A DNA stretch of 29,171 bases from the NCBI GenBank assembly GCA_913020725.1, contig CAJWCD010000029.1, positions 1-29,171 of the forward strand, read 5' to 3'. Under the pieces are notes generated by a model. That model made no database searches. It worked only from the letters and a program-made list of their open reading frames with translations, and was not told where the DNA came from. Origin of the DNA: an uncultured Pseudomonadota bacterium (GTDB lineage: Bacteria; SAR324; NAC60-12). Made by a program: the position numbers and the translations under genes. Of this stretch, positions 9,652 through 18,040 are shown piece by piece (position 1 is the stretch's first letter; each line of letters starts with the position of its first letter).

Positions 9652-11643
9652 GTGACTGAAACAGAAATCAGCAACACGGTCATCGAACCGTTTATCTTCT
9701 TTGAAGAAGACGAGGATTTTGACGCGTTTTATGAAGAAAGCCTCCTAGGCGTCAAAGAACAGGACATCGTCAAGGGCACGGTAACGGACACCACCAAGGA
9801 GTGGGTCACCATCGACATCGGCTTCAAATCCGACTGCCTCGTCCCGACGACCGAGTTCCTGAACGAAGAGGGAGTGGTTGCGGCGGACATCGGTGAAATT
9901 TTTGAAGTCTTCGTTGAGGCGCTGGAAGACGACGATGGAGTCACCATTGTTTCCAAGCGCAAGGCCGAGAAGATGCGAACGTGGGAGAAGGTTGGCGAAA
10001 TCTTCGAGCAAGAGGGCACCGTCAACGGCACCATCAACGCTCGTGTCAAGGGCGGCATGCAGGTGGACATCGGGGTCAAGGCGTTCCTGCCGGGATCACA
10101 GGTGGACCTGCGGCCCGTCCGCAATCTCGACCAACTCTTGGGCGAGGCCTTTGAATTCAAGATCCTCAAGTACAACCGCAAGCGCGGCAACATCGTGCTT
10201 TCTCGGCGGGTGTTGCTGGAGGCCGAGCGCGAGGAGAAGCGCAAAGAAACTCTCAAGGTTCTCAAGGAAGGCTCGCTCATCGTGGGCAGTGTCAAGAACA
10301 TCACCGACTACGGGGTCTTTGTGGACTTGGGCGGAGTCGATGGCTTGCTCCACATCACCGACATGACGTGGGGGCGCATTGTCCACCCCTCGGAGATGTT
10401 CAACATCAGCGATGAGGTCGAGGTCGTGATCCTCAAGTACTACCCGGAAGAGCAGAAGGTTTCGCTCGGCTACAAGCAGAAGTTTACAAACCCATGGGAT
10501 CAGGTTGCCGACAAGTACGAACCCGGCAGCAAGATCACAGGCAAGATCGTCAGCCTGACCGACTACGGTGCGTTCATCGAGCTGGAACCGGGGGTCGAGG
10601 GCTTGATCCACGTCTCTGAGATGTCATGGACGAAGAAGGTGCGGCATCCGTCCAAGATCGTCCAGCTTGGCCAAGAGGTCGAGGCGATCGTCAAGGATTT
10701 GGACGTCGAGCGCAAGCGTATCTCGCTCTCGATGAAGGAAGCCGAGCCTAACCCGTGGCGGCTCGCCTTGGATCGCTACCCGGTGGGCTCCATTGTCATG
10801 GGGCGAGTCCGGAACATCACCGATTTTGGGGTCTTCATCGGACTCGACGAGGGCATTGACGGGTTGGTCCACATTTCAGACATCTCGTGGTCCCAGCGGC
10901 TTTGCAAACCCTCCGAGTTGGCTAAGAAGGGTGAGGAGATCGAGGTCAAGGTTTTGAACATCGACGTTTCGCAAGAACGCCTCTCGCTGGGGGTCAAGCA
11001 ACTCATCGGGGATCCGTGGAAGGATTTGGATGAGAAGTACCCGATCCGCTCTGAGGTGACGGGAACCATCGTGAACATCACGGACTTCGGTATCTTCGTT
11101 GAGGTTGAGGAAGGGGTTGAGGGATTGGTCCATATCTCCGAGGTTGATTCTTCGATTCCGAAAGCCAAGATCCCGGAGTTCTATCCGGTCAACACCGAGG
11201 TTCATGCTCGTGTGATCAAGGTGGATCTGGAGGAACGCCGCTTGGGCCTGAGCATCTTGGGGGTGGTTGCAGTCGAATCTCCGCTTGAGGACTCGGAGCA
11301 AGACGCAGAAGCAACTCCGGAAACCGAGGAAACTCCTGCTGAAACGGAAACTGCTCAGGCAGTAGAGGTTGAGGCTGCTCCGGAAGTGGAAGAAGCTGCT
11401 CCAGAGGTGGAAGCCACTGAGGCTGCTCCGGAAGTGGAAGAAACTGTTCCAGAGGCGGAAGCCGCTGAGGTTGCTCCGGAAGTGGAAGAAACTGCTCCAG
11501 AGGCGGAAGCCACTGAGGCTGCTCCGGAAGCAAAGGAGGAAAAACCCAAGAAGGTGGCCCCTAAGAAGACTGCCTCCAAGAAGACGACCAGCAAGGCGAA
11601 GAAAGCTGACGACGAGCAGCTCGCCGGCTCCTCCGAGGAGTAA
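9652..11643 (+). CDS. rpsA: 30S ribosomal protein S1 with an acidic repeat and basic tail
   Basis: Six S1 repeats (DIGFKSD, AFLPGSQVD, ITDYGVFVDLGGVDGLLHITD, LTDYGAFIE, ITDFGVFI, ITDFGIFV). Start placed at in-frame GTG 9652 after the AAAGGA RBS; the ORF track start is 9628. Confidence 0.97.
   Translation: MTETEISNTVIEPFIFFEEDEDFDAFYEESLLGVKEQDIVKGTVTDTTKEWVTIDIGFKSDCLVPTTEFLNEEGVVAADIGEIFEVFVEALEDDDGVTIVSKRKAEKMRTWEKVGEIFEQEGTVNGTINARVKGGMQVDIGVKAFLPGSQVDLRPVRNLDQLLGEAFEFKILKYNRKRGNIVLSRRVLLEAEREEKRKETLKVLKEGSLIVGSVKNITDYGVFVDLGGVDGLLHITDMTWGRIVHPSEMFNISDEVEVVILKYYPEEQKVSLGYKQKFTNPWDQVADKYEPGSKITGKIVSLTDYGAFIELEPGVEGLIHVSEMSWTKKVRHPSKIVQLGQEVEAIVKDLDVERKRISLSMKEAEPNPWRLALDRYPVGSIVMGRVRNITDFGVFIGLDEGIDGLVHISDISWSQRLCKPSELAKKGEEIEVKVLNIDVSQERLSLGVKQLIGDPWKDLDEKYPIRSEVTGTIVNITDFGIFVEVEEGVEGLVHISEVDSSIPKAKIPEFYPVNTEVHARVIKVDLEERRLGLSILGVVAVESPLEDSEQDAEATPETEETPAETETAQAVEVEAAPEVEEAAPEVEATEAAPEVEETVPEAEAAEVAPEVEETAPEAEATEAAPEAKEEKPKKVAPKKTASKKTTSKAKKADDEQLAGSSEE
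11371..11531 (+). repeat. 48-bp tandem repeat (3 full copies plus a partial) encoding EAAPEVEETAPEAEAT
   Basis: Units at 11371-11418, 11419-11466, 11467-11514 and a partial 11515-11531, differing by only a few bases. Confidence 0.95.
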
Positions 11644-11652
11644 GCTCTCGCA

Positions 11653-11718
11653 CCGGGGTGCCTACGGGCATCCCGGCCCTGCCTCTGGTCAGTCAATCTG
11701 GTTGACCCTCTCTTTTTC
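11653..11718 (+). terminator. Hairpins downstream of rpsA, probable terminator or 3' stabiliser
   Basis: CCGGGGTGCC-TACG-GGCATCCCGG (11653-11676; 10-bp stem, cUACGg tetraloop), then a weaker GGTCAGTC/GGTTGACC stem followed by CTCTCTTTTT. Confidence 0.55.
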
Positions 11719-11818
11719 GCTCAAGTTTTCCACACTCCTGCCGATAGGGAAATCAGAGACTTGCCCGGAGTGTTCCGGTCAGGCATCCATATTGCTCACT
11801 TCCCTAAGAAAGGACCCC

Positions 11819-12001
11819 ATGTCCGGACAAGACCATAACCTGAGCCTTTCGAGCCCGATGCACTCCGATGATTTTGACCAGCGCGTAGCACGCGCCGTAG
11901 AGTCGTTTTTGTACGATTTGGATTACATGCTGTTGGAAGAACAGCACCTACGCCCGCGCTTCAAGGTGCCGTTGGTGCGCCCGTTGACGGTTTGCAACTG
12001 A
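11819..12001 (+). CDS. Small hypothetical protein (60 aa)
   Basis: ATG 11819 preceded by AAAGGA, the same RBS style as rpsA and ahcY; MSGQDHNLSLSSPMHSDDFDQRVARAVESFLYDLDYMLLEEQHLRPRFKVPLVRPLTVCN; fills the gap and is followed by a hairpin. Confidence 0.6.
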   Translation: MSGQDHNLSLSSPMHSDDFDQRVARAVESFLYDLDYMLLEEQHLRPRFKVPLVRPLTVCN

Positions 12002-12014
12002 GTTGTCAAGACCT

Positions 12015-12037
12015 CGCAGCCGCTCTGGGCGGCTGCG
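12015..12037. terminator. Hairpin between convergent genes
   Basis: CGCAGCCGC/GCGGCTGCG 9-bp perfect stem between the stops at 12001 and 12044; no U-tract. Confidence 0.5.
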
Positions 12038-12043
12038 GTACGA

Positions 12044-13345
12044 TCAGGCTACGCGCTTTTCGGCAACCCTCTTGGTGGGCACACACCCCGGTAGCCGAAT
12101 CTCAAAAAACACTCCTTGATCCTCTGGGCAGTTCTCCACTTGGATCGTGCCTCCGTGCAACTCCACCATCCTTTGGCTGATCGCCAGCCCTAGCCCCGTA
12201 CCATCGAGTTTGCCTTCTGTCTGGAAAGCTTGAAAGAGATTGGGCAGGACGGACTCTGGAATGGGGGAGCCGTTGTCGTACACCCGAATGACCAAGTCGG
12301 TGTGATCCGGAACGAAGCTGATTTCGATGAGTCCACTTTCGTCATCGAGCAATTTTTCCCAAGCGTTTTTCACTAAGTTGACGATCACCCGGACGAGCTT
12401 GCGAGAATCCGCAGAAAAGCTAAAATCCGGGTCGCTGGGAAACAGGTATTCAACGACCACCGGATGTACGACAAACCCAAGATGGGTGTCGAGTTCGGAT
12501 TGGAAGTTCTCGAGATCGATGGCTTCGCTGTGCAATTCGATGCCGCGTGCAACTTCAAGGATGTCGCGGGTGAGTCCCTTGATGTTGACTGAGGAATGTT
12601 CGATACGCCGGATGAAGGAGAGTGCCCGGACGAGGTCCATGCTGGACACCGACTCCTTATTGAGTTGTTGAAGCAGAAGGGAGGAGAAGGTGAGGATGGA
12701 GCCGTTGGCGTTACCAATGTCATGCCCGAATTCCGCAACCGCGTAGCCCAATTCCACAAACCGGCGCTCCTGCTCCTTGGCCTGTTGCAGGTTGGTGACG
12801 GTGGTTTCCAACTCTTGCTTGGAATCCCCCAATTCCCGGACATGCTGGGAAAGTTGTTTTTGCATGGACTGGAACCGTGGCCACACCTCCTGAAGGATGC
12901 CCACTCGCCATTCAATATCCGAGCGCGGCTGTCGGCCTTGCAGTTCTTCGAGGTCGGTGGATTCATGCCTGCGTCGGTACGCCAGAAACTCACGGCAGAG
13001 GATGTTCACCTGCCGGATGATTTCCGCCGAACGTAGCCAAAGCAAAAAAGCCGTTGCGAGCAAACCCGCTGAAACCGAGATCAAAATCCGGAACAAGAGG
13101 CTGGGATCAGGGAGTGCGTTGAGAGCCGCCAGCGCCTCCTGCCACGGGAGCAACTCGGTCAGGGCAAAGACCAAACTGGCGACCAGCAACCCCAGTAGCA
13201 GAAAATGAAACTTCCGCACCTTGAAGCGCCCCTCGCTTTGTGGGTTGCCCTTGAGCTTCGCCTGTGGGGGCGGGTTCAGGGTGAAGTCCCGTTTCTTGCT
13301 GCGGCGTTTCGTTTGCTGATAATCGGTTGATTGGTACATGCTCAA
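12044..13345 (-). CDS. Membrane-bound sensor histidine kinase (HisKA + HATPase_c)
   Basis: Two TM helices, coiled coil, H-box AEFGHDIGN, N-box VIVNLVKNA, G1 VYDNG, F-box LFQAFQT, G2 GTGLGLAIS. Start is TTG 13345 or ATG 13339. Confidence 0.92.
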   Translation of the reverse strand: MSMYQSTDYQQTKRRSKKRDFTLNPPPQAKLKGNPQSEGRFKVRKFHFLLLGLLVASLVFALTELLPWQEALAALNALPDPSLLFRILISVSAGLLATAFLLWLRSAEIIRQVNILCREFLAYRRRHESTDLEELQGRQPRSDIEWRVGILQEVWPRFQSMQKQLSQHVRELGDSKQELETTVTNLQQAKEQERRFVELGYAVAEFGHDIGNANGSILTFSSLLLQQLNKESVSSMDLVRALSFIRRIEHSSVNIKGLTRDILEVARGIELHSEAIDLENFQSELDTHLGFVVHPVVVEYLFPSDPDFSFSADSRKLVRVIVNLVKNAWEKLLDDESGLIEISFVPDHTDLVIRVYDNGSPIPESVLPNLFQAFQTEGKLDGTGLGLAISQRMVELHGGTIQVENCPEDQGVFFEIRLPGCVPTKRVAEKRVA

Positions 13346-13474
13346 CTTGTGGGCTTCCTGCTAAAGCCTCTGGAAGGACTGAAAGTTAAAAAAGACATAT
13401 CGTGAATGCGCCAAGGATGCAAGCGGATACTCTGTTCAAGGGAAATCGCTTCATGCGAATGCAGTGATTTAAGC

Positions 13475-13506
13475 TTGTGAATCTAGCAGAAAATGCCATG
13501 CTAGAT
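13475..13506 (+). promoter_or_regulatory. Putative ahcY promoter overlapped by a perfect inverted repeat (candidate operator)
   Basis: TTGTGA at 13475-13480; ATCTAGCA (13481-13488)-N10-TGCTAGAT (13499-13506). Confidence 0.45.
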
Positions 13507-13575
13507 CGTTTAATCCGCCCGACGGGAAATCCCGGATTTGGGCGCGAATTTTTTCGCCAAAAAAAGGACAACCTC

Positions 13576-14895
13576 ATGAACGATTTTGCTTCCAGCGCTC
13601 GCGCCGACCACAAGGTGGCGGACCGCTCCCTCGCCGATTTGGGCCGCAAGAAAATCACCCTTGCCGAAAACGAGATGCCGGGCCTGATGGCCCTCCGCGA
13701 GGAGTATGGCGAGAGCAAGCCCTTGACGGGTTCCCGGATTACGGGGTCACTACACATGACGGTGGAAACGGCGGTACTGATTGAGACATTGACGGCGCTG
13801 GGGGCCGAACTGCGGTGGTCCTCATGCAACATCTTCTCCACACAGGACGAAGCGGCGGCGGCGATTGCAGCTACGGGAGTTCCAGTCTTCGCATGGAAGG
13901 GTGAGACCGAGGAAGAGTACTGGTGGTGCATCGAGCAAACCTTGCAATGGCCCGGAGGTCAGGGGCCGAACCTGTTGCTTGACGACGGCGGCGATCTCAC
14001 AGGCTACGTCCATGAGAAGCACCCGGAACTGCTTGCGGAAATTCGGGGCGTTTCTGAAGAGACCACCACTGGGGTCCATCGGTTGCATCAAATGATGCAG
14101 CAGGGGACGCTGAAACTGCCTGCGTTCAATGTCAACGACTCGGTCACGAAGAGCAAGTTTGACAACCTCTACGGCTGCCGTGAATCGCTGCTGGACGGCA
14201 TCAAGCGGGCAACCGATGTGATGCTCGCAGGCAAGCTCGCGGTGGTTGCGGGCTACGGGGATGTCGGCAAGGGATCGGCAGAATCACTCCGGGGGCCAGG
14301 AGCGCGGGTGGTTGTCACCGAGATTGATCCGATCTGTGCCCTGCAAGCCGCGATGGCGGGCTACGAGGTTCGTCCGATGGCCGAGGTTGCCCCTCTTGCA
14401 GACCTCTTCGTCACCACGACGGGTTGCTGCGGGGTCATCCGCCGCGAGCATTTGGACGTAATGAAGGACAACGCGATTGTCTGCAACATCGGACATTTCG
14501 ACATCGAGATTGACGTGGCTTCAATCAACAACGACCCGAACATCGAGCGCATCAACATCAAGCCGCAGGTGGATCAGTACGTCTGGCCGGACGGCAAGCG
14601 CATCCTGCTGCTGGCCGAAGGTCGGCTGGTGAACTTGGGCTGTGCGACTGGGCATCCGGCGTTTGTGATGTCCAACAGCTTCTGCAATCAGGTGCTGGCG
14701 CAGCTTGACCTCTGGGCGAATGGCAACGACTACGGGAATCAGGTCTATGTGCTGCCAAAATTGCTGGACGAGAAGGTGGCAATGCTGCACCTTCAGAAAC
14801 TCGGTGTGAAGTTGGAACGGCTCACTGCGCAACAAGCGGAGTACACTGGGATTCCCGCTGAGGGGCCGTACAAGCCCGAACATTACCGCTACTGA
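13576..14895 (+). CDS. ahcY: Adenosylhomocysteinase (SAH hydrolase)
   Basis: [96 protein letters not shown]. Start at ATG 13576 after AAAGGA. Confidence 0.98.
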   Translation: MNDFASSARADHKVADRSLADLGRKKITLAENEMPGLMALREEYGESKPLTGSRITGSLHMTVETAVLIETLTALGAELRWSSCNIFSTQDEAAAAIAATGVPVFAWKGETEEEYWWCIEQTLQWPGGQGPNLLLDDGGDLTGYVHEKHPELLAEIRGVSEETTTGVHRLHQMMQQGTLKLPAFNVNDSVTKSKFDNLYGCRESLLDGIKRATDVMLAGKLAVVAGYGDVGKGSAESLRGPGARVVVTEIDPICALQAAMAGYEVRPMAEVAPLADLFVTTTGCCGVIRREHLDVMKDNAIVCNIGHFDIEIDVASINNDPNIERINIKPQVDQYVWPDGKRILLLAEGRLVNLGCATGHPAFVMSNSFCNQVLAQLDLWANGNDYGNQVYVLPKLLDEKVAMLHLQKLGVKLERLTAQQAEYTGIPAEGPYKPEHYRY

Positions 14896-14906
14896 GTCTG
14901 GACCTC

Positions 14907-15398
14907 GTGCAGGAACCCCAAACGGACCCCCTCCATTTCCGCAATGCACTAGGACGTTTTGCCACCGGAATTGCAGTGGTGACGATGTTTGTTCCGGAGG
15001 ACGGATTGCTGGGCGTGACGATCAATTCTTTCGCGTCCGTTTCTCTGGAACCACCCCTTGTGCTTTTTAGTCTGGCGCAGGATTCCCAGATGCTGGAACC
15101 TCTACTGGAACAGGAGCGTTTTGGCATCAGCGTTTTGGGCAGCGATCAGCAACGCCTCTCGGAGCAGTTTGCGTTTGAGGAACACCCCCGGAGCTATGAC
15201 AAGGCAGACATTGACATGGATTCCGGGCAGACGCCGTTGTTGGTTGGGGCACTTGCTGTACTTGATTGCCGGGTGCGGCAAGTGGTCGAGGGGGGGGATC
15301 ACCAGATCATCCTTGGTGAAGTGGAGTCTTTTGAATTCCGGGAGGGCGATCCTCTCTTGTATTTTCAAGGTCGGTACGCATGGTTGAATTCTCGCTGA
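14907..15398 (+). CDS. Flavin reductase family protein
   Basis: FRNALGRFATGIAVVT, GVTINSFASVSLEPPLVL, GGDHQIILGEV, PLLYFQGRY. Confidence 0.93.
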   Translation: MQEPQTDPLHFRNALGRFATGIAVVTMFVPEDGLLGVTINSFASVSLEPPLVLFSLAQDSQMLEPLLEQERFGISVLGSDQQRLSEQFAFEEHPRSYDKADIDMDSGQTPLLVGALAVLDCRVRQVVEGGDHQIILGEVESFEFREGDPLLYFQGRYAWLNSR

Positions 15399-16261
15399 TC
15401 CGTTTACGGCGATCCTTTGTGTTCGCCTGTACCCTGCTCGCCCTGCTGCTGGCGGGAGGCTGTCAGAAAAAGCCGCAGTACAACTTCCGCACGGCAACGC
15501 AGAGCGAACTGGACCTGAAGCAGTCGGACACCTACCCGACGGTGGAGGATCAGGCGCGGTCTCCGTACATCGCCTTTGCGTCCACTGAGTTTATCGGACG
15601 GCTTTCGCGCTACCACAAGACCTTGAGCGAAAGTTTTGTGCTGTCGGCGCTGGAGGAGTATTCCGACCTCAAGGTGATTGAAGATCAGCGTGTCCGGGGC
15701 GTGCTGGAATTTCAGGAGTTCCAAGGCTTCAACCGTAATTCTCAGCAGGATTTGCTCCGGCTGGGCAAACGGTTGCAGGCCGAGTACGTTGGGTTGCTGC
15801 GCGTGACCCCCAGTCCCGTGCGGGCCTCTCCGAACGACTGGAGCACCTACATCGGCCTGCAAGTTTACCGCATCAACCCGCCAAAGTTGATGCTTCGGGA
15901 CGAGTTTACCTTCGTCTTCTCGGAATCCGCCCAACAGCTCCGGGGGCTGCGCACCAACATCCAGAAAACCCTGCCGATGGAGGGGTTCATTCTGGAAACC
16001 TACAACGACCGCGCCTTTGCCGTGGTCAACTTGGGGCGTGACCGCAACATCACGTCTGGACGTCGCTGCAAGGTCTATCGTCGCAAACGCCGGGAACGTA
16101 TCGAGACGGACGGTACCAAGATCACGGAAACAAACTACGAGGAAGTCGGACAACTGCAAATCGTCGAGGTGCTGGACTTCACCTCATGGGCAGTGGTGCC
16201 CCCGGAGTTCCGGGGAAAAATCCTCAGCGGCGACCTCGTGACTGTGCAGCCCGGAGCATGA
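15380..16261 (+). CDS. Lipoprotein, CsgG/TolB_N-like body with a FlgT_C-like C-terminal beta domain (tentative)
   Basis: Lipobox LAGGC after a basic plus hydrophobic leader; LGKRLQAEYV and VVNLGRDRNITSG...VGQLQIVEV...ILSGDLV resemble CsgG/FlgT-type proteins; stop overlaps the next start (ATGA). Confidence 0.6.
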   Translation: MVEFSLIRLRRSFVFACTLLALLLAGGCQKKPQYNFRTATQSELDLKQSDTYPTVEDQARSPYIAFASTEFIGRLSRYHKTLSESFVLSALEEYSDLKVIEDQRVRGVLEFQEFQGFNRNSQQDLLRLGKRLQAEYVGLLRVTPSPVRASPNDWSTYIGLQVYRINPPKLMLRDEFTFVFSESAQQLRGLRTNIQKTLPMEGFILETYNDRAFAVVNLGRDRNITSGRRCKVYRRKRRERIETDGTKITETNYEEVGQLQIVEVLDFTSWAVVPPEFRGKILSGDLVTVQPGA

Positions 16262-16845
16262 GCAGCGGTTGCCCAAAAAGCGCTGTGCGTCAGCATGGCC
16301 TTTCCCAGCGGCGCAACCTCACTCCAGAACAACGCCAAGCCTTCACTCTTCGGATGTGGGAACATTTGGAATCGTGGGCACCGTTCCAGCAAATCCGCAC
16401 TCTCCATTGTTCGCTCGCGCTTCCGGAAGAACCGGACACGACCACTTGGTTTGAGCGGGTTTGGGCCTTGGGCAAGCAGACCGTTGTGCCCTGCATGATG
16501 CCGGGAACCCGGGAACTCAAGCACACTCGGTTGACTTCCCTTGCACACCTCCAGCGTGGAGCTTTTGGCCTTCCCGAACTGCTTCCAGAATTCCGGGAAT
16601 GGGTGAAACCGGAGAGCCTCGATCTCGTGCTGGTTCCGGGTGTGGCGTTTGACCGGAAGGGGGAGCGGCTCGGTTTCGGCAAAGGCTACTACGACCGTTT
16701 TCTTACCAAAACCTCGGCCTTGCTAGTGGGGGTTGCCTTTTCTGCACAGGTGATTCCGGATGTGCCTACGGAATCCCACGATGTTTCCATGAATGCCTTG
16801 CTCACTGAAAACGGGATCACCATGATTGACCGAGTTGACGCATAA
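16258..16845 (+). CDS. 5-formyltetrahydrofolate cyclo-ligase (YgfA family)
   Basis: EPDT, GAFGLPE, DLVLVPGVAFDRKGERLGFGKGYYDRFL, PTESHDV; ATG 16258 coupled to the upstream stop. Confidence 0.95.
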   Translation: MSSGCPKSAVRQHGLSQRRNLTPEQRQAFTLRMWEHLESWAPFQQIRTLHCSLALPEEPDTTTWFERVWALGKQTVVPCMMPGTRELKHTRLTSLAHLQRGAFGLPELLPEFREWVKPESLDLVLVPGVAFDRKGERLGFGKGYYDRFLTKTSALLVGVAFSAQVIPDVPTESHDVSMNALLTENGITMIDRVDA

Positions 16846-16852
16846 ACCTGTG

Positions 16853-17353
16853 ATGGCATGGCTTGTTCGAGACGCGCTCAAAACCGACGCGCAAGCAATC
16901 ATCAACATCCTCAACCCGATCATCGAAACCGGACGCTACACCTCGCTGGACACGACGTTTTCTTTACAGGAGGAGGAGGCGTTCATTGAGGCGTTTCCAG
17001 CACGGGGAATCTTCCACGTCGCCACCCACCCCGAAAGTGGTGAGGTTGTCGGCTTTCAGGACCTTGAAACCTTTGCGGCCTACACCCATGCCTTTGACCA
17101 CGTGGGAATTATGGGGACGTTTGTCCATCCGGATTGCCGCAGGCAGGGAGTGTCGTCCGCGCTGTTTGCCGCAAGCTTTGCAGCGGCGAGGGACAAAGGG
17201 TATGAGAAAATCTTCACCTTTGTCCGAGGGGATAATGATGTGGCGCTGTCCACCTACCTCAGTCAAGGGTTTCAGGTGATCGGAACGGCCAAAAAACAGG
17301 CGAAGGTTCAGGGAAACTACATTGATGAGAACCTCATCGAGAAATTCTTGTAG
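16853..17353 (+). CDS. GNAT family N-acetyltransferase (phosphinothricin acetyltransferase-like)
   Basis: VRDA...DAQAI, FVHPDCRRQGVSSAL acetyl-CoA motif, DNDVALSTYLSQGFQVIG. Start likely ATG 16853. Confidence 0.9.
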   Translation: MAWLVRDALKTDAQAIINILNPIIETGRYTSLDTTFSLQEEEAFIEAFPARGIFHVATHPESGEVVGFQDLETFAAYTHAFDHVGIMGTFVHPDCRRQGVSSALFAASFAAARDKGYEKIFTFVRGDNDVALSTYLSQGFQVIGTAKKQAKVQGNYIDENLIEKFL

Positions 17354-17401
17354 CACGGATTTGGTCACTGATCGATTGAAAAAACCAGCGGCAGAACGAC
17401 G

Positions 17402-18040
17402 ATGAAAAAATGGCTGTTTGTCTTGTTGATTTTGAGCGGAGTTGGCGTGTGGCAGCATCAGAAGGTGCTGACCACATATGCGTCCTTTTTCACGGTCAAC
17501 AATCCCAGCAAGGGCGCAGACGCAATCATTGTGCTGTCCGGAAGTGCAGCCACGCGCATTCCTCGTGGACTGGAACTCTACGGCTCTGGCTATGCCTCGA
17601 AGGTTTTTCTGACCGACGAGAAACGCAGCATGAATCCCAAGTTCCGTAAGTTTTTCCCGACGAACGCTCAACTTGCTGAAGCGATCATCGCAGAATTGGG
17701 AATGGAAGTGGAAACGCCGGTGATCCCATCGCTCAAAGGTGGGGCGACTTCGACCTTCGATGAAGCCTACGATGCTCGGACAAGGGCTGAATCCGAGGGT
17801 TGGCAGCACTTGATTTTGGTGACCGATGCATTTCACACCCGCCGGGCGCTCCATGCGTTCGAGAGCGTTTTCAACGGCAGTGGCATCCGCTTGGAGATGG
17901 CGGCGGCACCGAACGCGATCTTCCGAGAAGACAACTGGTGGACTTCCGATCAGGGCATTTCCGCCTACGTCCTCGAATCCATCAAGTACCCCGTCTATCT
18001 CCTCACCTCGCGCAACGTCTCCTTCGTCCGCAACGACTGA
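17402..18040 (+). CDS. YdcF/DUF218 (SanA/ElyC-like) protein
   Basis: N-terminal TM, ADAIIVLSG, STFDEA, LILVTDAFHTRRA. Confidence 0.9.
   Translation: MKKWLFVLLILSGVGVWQHQKVLTTYASFFTVNNPSKGADAIIVLSGSAATRIPRGLELYGSGYASKVFLTDEKRSMNPKFRKFFPTNAQLAEAIIAELGMEVETPVIPSLKGGATSTFDEAYDARTRAESEGWQHLILVTDAFHTRRALHAFESVFNGSGIRLEMAAAPNAIFREDNWWTSDQGISAYVLESIKYPVYLLTSRNVSFVRND

Noticed and set aside
11371..11531. Possible CRISPR array
   Set aside because: Repeats are contiguous, in-frame and lack unique spacers; no cas genes nearby.
11369..11818. N-terminal part of the 210-aa ORF with RLLRKWKKLLQR repeats
   Set aside because: Alternative-frame reading of the rpsA repeat; only the last 60 codons have their own RBS.
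13390..13575. Canonical SAH riboswitch, and the longer ahcY N-terminus from 13477
   Set aside because: The GAGGAGCG...AGGCUC core was not found, and the RBS and family N-terminus support a start at 13576.
16100..16260. 6S RNA (ssrS) upstream of the 5-formyl-THF cyclo-ligase, a common arrangement
   Set aside because: There is no intergenic space; the gene start overlaps the lipoprotein stop.
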